From NCBI GenBank assembly GCA_943846685.1, contig OX044363.1:1765386-1829385 (forward strand): 64,000 nt of DNA, written 5' to 3'. Shown here piece after piece: positions 61,387 through 64,000 of this stretch. The notes under the pieces were generated by a model. It was given only the letters and a program-made list of their open reading frames with translations. It was not told the origin of the DNA and made no database searches. The position numbers and the translations under genes were made by a program. This stretch comes from an uncultured Pseudomonadales bacterium (GTDB lineage: Bacteria > Pseudomonadota > Gammaproteobacteria > Pseudomonadales > Porticoccaceae). The stretch's first letter is position 1. Every line of letters starts with the position of its first letter.

Positions 61387-61818
61387 ATGAATGAAAACCA
61401 GAGGAAAAAATTGACCAGAAAACCTTCTCTCACTGAAAAAAAAATCAACAAACAGACCTCCGTGGACATAGTGGCCAGCGACGAAGTAATCCAGAAAAAA
61501 GTTGTTGATTTATTATCTTTGATCAATATAAAAACTAACATTCATGTTAATGGCAGCAGCTTGCTAAAGAAAAAAAGACGCCTTAAAAGCGATTGCTTGA
61601 TCATTGAAACCAGGCTTGATGATATGCGTGGAATTATGCTTTTTAAAAAGTTACTGGTGATGTGCAAGAACACGCCGCCGACGATTTTTATCGGTGCGCG
61701 ACCTGGCAGTATCAACGAGGCTATAGAAACCATAAAACTTGGCGCCATTGACTATATTGAAAAGCCCTTCTCATCAAGACGACTGATCACCTCGGTTAAT
61801 CTTGCCCTTGGTACTTAA
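61387..61818 (+). CDS. atypical single-domain receiver (FixJ-type REC, phosphoacceptor Asp replaced by Glu)
   Basis: CLIIETRL vs FixJ CIVLDVRM; TIFIG vs IIFIT; GAIDYIEKPF retained; acidic pocket reduced to VASDE. Confidence 0.7.
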   Translation: MNENQRKKLTRKPSLTEKKINKQTSVDIVASDEVIQKKVVDLLSLINIKTNIHVNGSSLLKKKRRLKSDCLIIETRLDDMRGIMLFKKLLVMCKNTPPTIFIGARPGSINEAIETIKLGAIDYIEKPFSSRRLITSVNLALGT

Positions 61819-61849
61819 CCTGCCACTCCCGGGAGGGAACCATTAGAAG

Positions 61850-61891
61850 TTGACCAATATCAACATCCAGCTGATTTGGATTATCTAGCCT
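61850..61891 (+). promoter_or_regulatory. FNR-type box with class II -10 for glgP2 and P-type ATPase
   Basis: TTGACCAATATCAA (61850-61863, 9/10); TAGCCT at 61886-61891, 29.5 bp from the box centre. Confidence 0.72.
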
Positions 61892-61962
61892 GTAAGATCA
61901 CCAATAATTACAAGCCCGGCTGATTAAAAGCCAGCTAAGTAAACAACAGCTGAGTAAAAAAT

Positions 61963-63660
61963 TTGATTGATCAAAATATCCGTATTGCCTACTTTAGTAT
62001 GGAGATAGCCCTGCACTCGAGTATGCCAACCTATGCCGGGGGTCTGGGAATACTCGCTGGCGATACACTGCACTCGGCAGCAGATATGCATGTCCCCATG
62101 GTGGGAATCTCACTGCTCCCCCGCCGCGGCTATTTTCAACAACAGCTGAGTGACGATGGCTGGCAAACCGAAAACAGCGTCAGCTGGACGGTAGAGGACT
62201 ATCTGCAGGAAGTGGGCCCGCGCACCGCAATTAGTATTGAGGGCCGCGAGGTGCATATCCGCGCCTGGAAATATCAACTCAACAGCCGCAATCAAAACAG
62301 CGTCGATATTTACTTTCTCGATACAGACCTGGAAGAAAACAGCGACTACGACCGTTCACTCGCCTATTTCCTCTATGGCGGTAACAGCCACTACCGGCTC
62401 TGCCAGGAAACTGTTCTGGGTATTGGCGGCGTGCGTATGCTCGCCGCACTGGGTTACAGCGGATTACAGCGCTACCACCTCAATGAGGGACATGCGAGCT
62501 TGTTGATTCTCGAATTACTCGAACAGAAGCGTCGCCAGAATCAGGGCAGTGATGATCCTGAAACTGTGCGCGATCTCTGTGTATTCACTACCCATACACC
62601 AGTGCCCTCAGGGCATGACCAGTTCCCCCTGAGTATGGTCTCCGACGTTCTTGGTGCGGAATATTCCCTGGCCGGCTGTGAGGATAATTTCTGTTTTGAC
62701 CACAAACTGAATATGACCTACCTCGCCCTCGCCAACAGTCGCTATATCAACGGGGTGGCAAAAAAACACAGTCAGTTATCGCGGCAAATGTATGCCGGCT
62801 ACTGTGTCGATTCTATTACCAATGGCGTGCATGCAGAGACATGGACATGTCAGCCCATGCAGCAATTGTTTGACCAGTATATTCCCGGCTGGCAACTCGA
62901 CAACCTGAGCTTGCGGGGAGCACTGAATATTCCCGTTGAGCCAATTCAAAAGGCACACCAGCTGGCAAAGAAAAACCTGTTAAATCATATTAACCAACTG
63001 CCCGGCACAACGCCTGAAAAACAGATGGAGGAGGATATTTTCACCATTGGTTTTGCCCGCCGGTCAACCCTCTACAAACGCCCGGATCTGTTTTTTACCG
63101 ACCTCAAGCGCCTGCAAGCTATTGGAGAGAAATTTGTTCGCCTGCAGATTATCTATGGGGGAAAGGCACATCCAAATGACAACCAGGGCAAGCTGCTTAT
63201 CCAAAAAATTATCTCTGTAGCCAACAGCCTCAATAAACATATCAATATTGTCTACCTAAATAACTACGATATCGCTCTGGCCAAACTGATGACCAGTGGC
63301 TGCGATCTCTGGCTGAACACCCCGCAGCCACCGATGGAGGCCTCTGGCACCAGTGGCATGAAGGCCGCCCTGAATGGCGTTCCCTCTCTAAGCACGATGG
63401 ATGGCTGGTGGCTGGAAGGCTGTATTGAGGGGTTAACCGGTTGGGGAATAGGCAACACAGCAGTTTCAACCACTTCGCCCCCACAGATAACTCAGGAGGC
63501 CTGCTCGCTGTACGACAAGCTGGAGCAGGTTATCCTGCCTCTCTACTACCAGAACCAGCCCGGCTACCTGGAGGTTATGCGTCACACCATTGCCCTGAAT
63601 GGCTCCTATTTCAACACTGAGCGAATGCTTAACCAGTATGTAACCAAGGCCTATTACTAA
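61963..63660 (+). CDS. glgP: alpha-glucan phosphorylase 2 (short GT35, 565 aa)
   Basis: AYFSMEI..TYAGGLG.LAGD, HLNEGH, TNGVH, GFARR..YKR, PLP-Lys EASGTSGMKAALNG. Confidence 0.93.
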   Translation: MIDQNIRIAYFSMEIALHSSMPTYAGGLGILAGDTLHSAADMHVPMVGISLLPRRGYFQQQLSDDGWQTENSVSWTVEDYLQEVGPRTAISIEGREVHIRAWKYQLNSRNQNSVDIYFLDTDLEENSDYDRSLAYFLYGGNSHYRLCQETVLGIGGVRMLAALGYSGLQRYHLNEGHASLLILELLEQKRRQNQGSDDPETVRDLCVFTTHTPVPSGHDQFPLSMVSDVLGAEYSLAGCEDNFCFDHKLNMTYLALANSRYINGVAKKHSQLSRQMYAGYCVDSITNGVHAETWTCQPMQQLFDQYIPGWQLDNLSLRGALNIPVEPIQKAHQLAKKNLLNHINQLPGTTPEKQMEEDIFTIGFARRSTLYKRPDLFFTDLKRLQAIGEKFVRLQIIYGGKAHPNDNQGKLLIQKIISVANSLNKHINIVYLNNYDIALAKLMTSGCDLWLNTPQPPMEASGTSGMKAALNGVPSLSTMDGWWLEGCIEGLTGWGIGNTAVSTTSPPQITQEACSLYDKLEQVILPLYYQNQPGYLEVMRHTIALNGSYFNTERMLNQYVTKAYY

Positions 63661-63679
63661 ATAAATTGCGGCATCTGAT

Positions 63680-64000
63680 ATGGATAATCAATGCAACTGG
63701 CACTGTCTGGAAAAGTCTGCGGTTATCAGCCAGCTGGACAGCGGATCCACTGGCCTAACCACCGCAGAAGCCCGACGCAGGCTTGAACTCCACGGCCCCA
63801 ACCTGTTGCCAGCAGCCAGGCCCAGTCCATTCTATCGGTTTTTCTTGCGCCAGTTTATCAGCCCATTTATCTATGTTTTGATCGTTGCCATGCTTATCTC
63901 ACTGCTGGTGGGCAATCTGGCCGACGCCGCTTTTATCGGGGTTATCCTGGTTGCCAACGCCACCATTGGAGCCCTGCAGGAATATCATGCGCAACGCAGT
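63680..64000 (+). CDS. cation-transporting P-type ATPase (type II), N-terminal part, runs off the window end
   Basis: Manual translation MDNQCNWH..GLTTAEARRRLELHGPN.LP..FLRQF.SPFIYVL..DAAFI..I.VANATIGALQEYHAQRS; open to the window end. Confidence 0.88.
   Translation, partial: MDNQCNWHCLEKSAVISQLDSGSTGLTTAEARRRLELHGPNLLPAARPSPFYRFFLRQFISPFIYVLIVAMLISLLVGNLADAAFIGVILVANATIGALQEYHAQRS

Noticed and set aside
61963-61974. TTGATTGATCAA at the glgP2 start as an extra FNR site
   Set aside because: The half-site spacing is 2 bp, not 4, and it overlaps the start codon.

Overview
Chromosomal window from a bacterium, most likely a gammaproteobacterium (rfaH, sigma70 promoters, FNR). It has four blocks. 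(1) 0.2-34.6 kb: tRNA-Asn, a frameshifted wecA, then a ~33 kb minus-strand surface-polysaccharide region. It holds two complete rml (dTDP-L-Rha) sets, three sulfotransferases, Wzx/Wzy, two Wzz, Wzi, a large SLBB export protein, rfaH, manB, an SLC13 permease, an in-frame gmd::epimerase chimera, REP-like repeat clusters, an HTTM-DCC1 protein and comEA. (2) 34.8-36 kb: tRNA-Leu(CAG) with a structured leader, two 186/187-bp repeats carrying tRNA 3' ends, a Fic remnant and a 17-bp repeat array. (3) 36-43.4 kb: branched-chain amino-acid catabolism (ldh, Lrp-type regulator, E1a/E1b/E2), with a Hanks-type kinase where an E3 gene often sits. (4) 43.6-64 kb: a glycogen/low-oxygen island with hsp20, glgA, glgB, CBS, glgC, GH57, malQ, gap, two glucan phosphorylases, a FixL/FixJ-like pair, a 4-Cys FNR, PilZ, a pseudo-receiver and a P-type ATPase start. 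Five FNR boxes lie in intergenic regions of this block, three in class II promoter geometry. The strongest candidate for an undescribed system is this self-contained FNR/FixLJ-wired glycogen island, whose FixL-like kinase has Cys at the heme-ligand His position. All calls come from reading sequence and motifs; no database searches were run.
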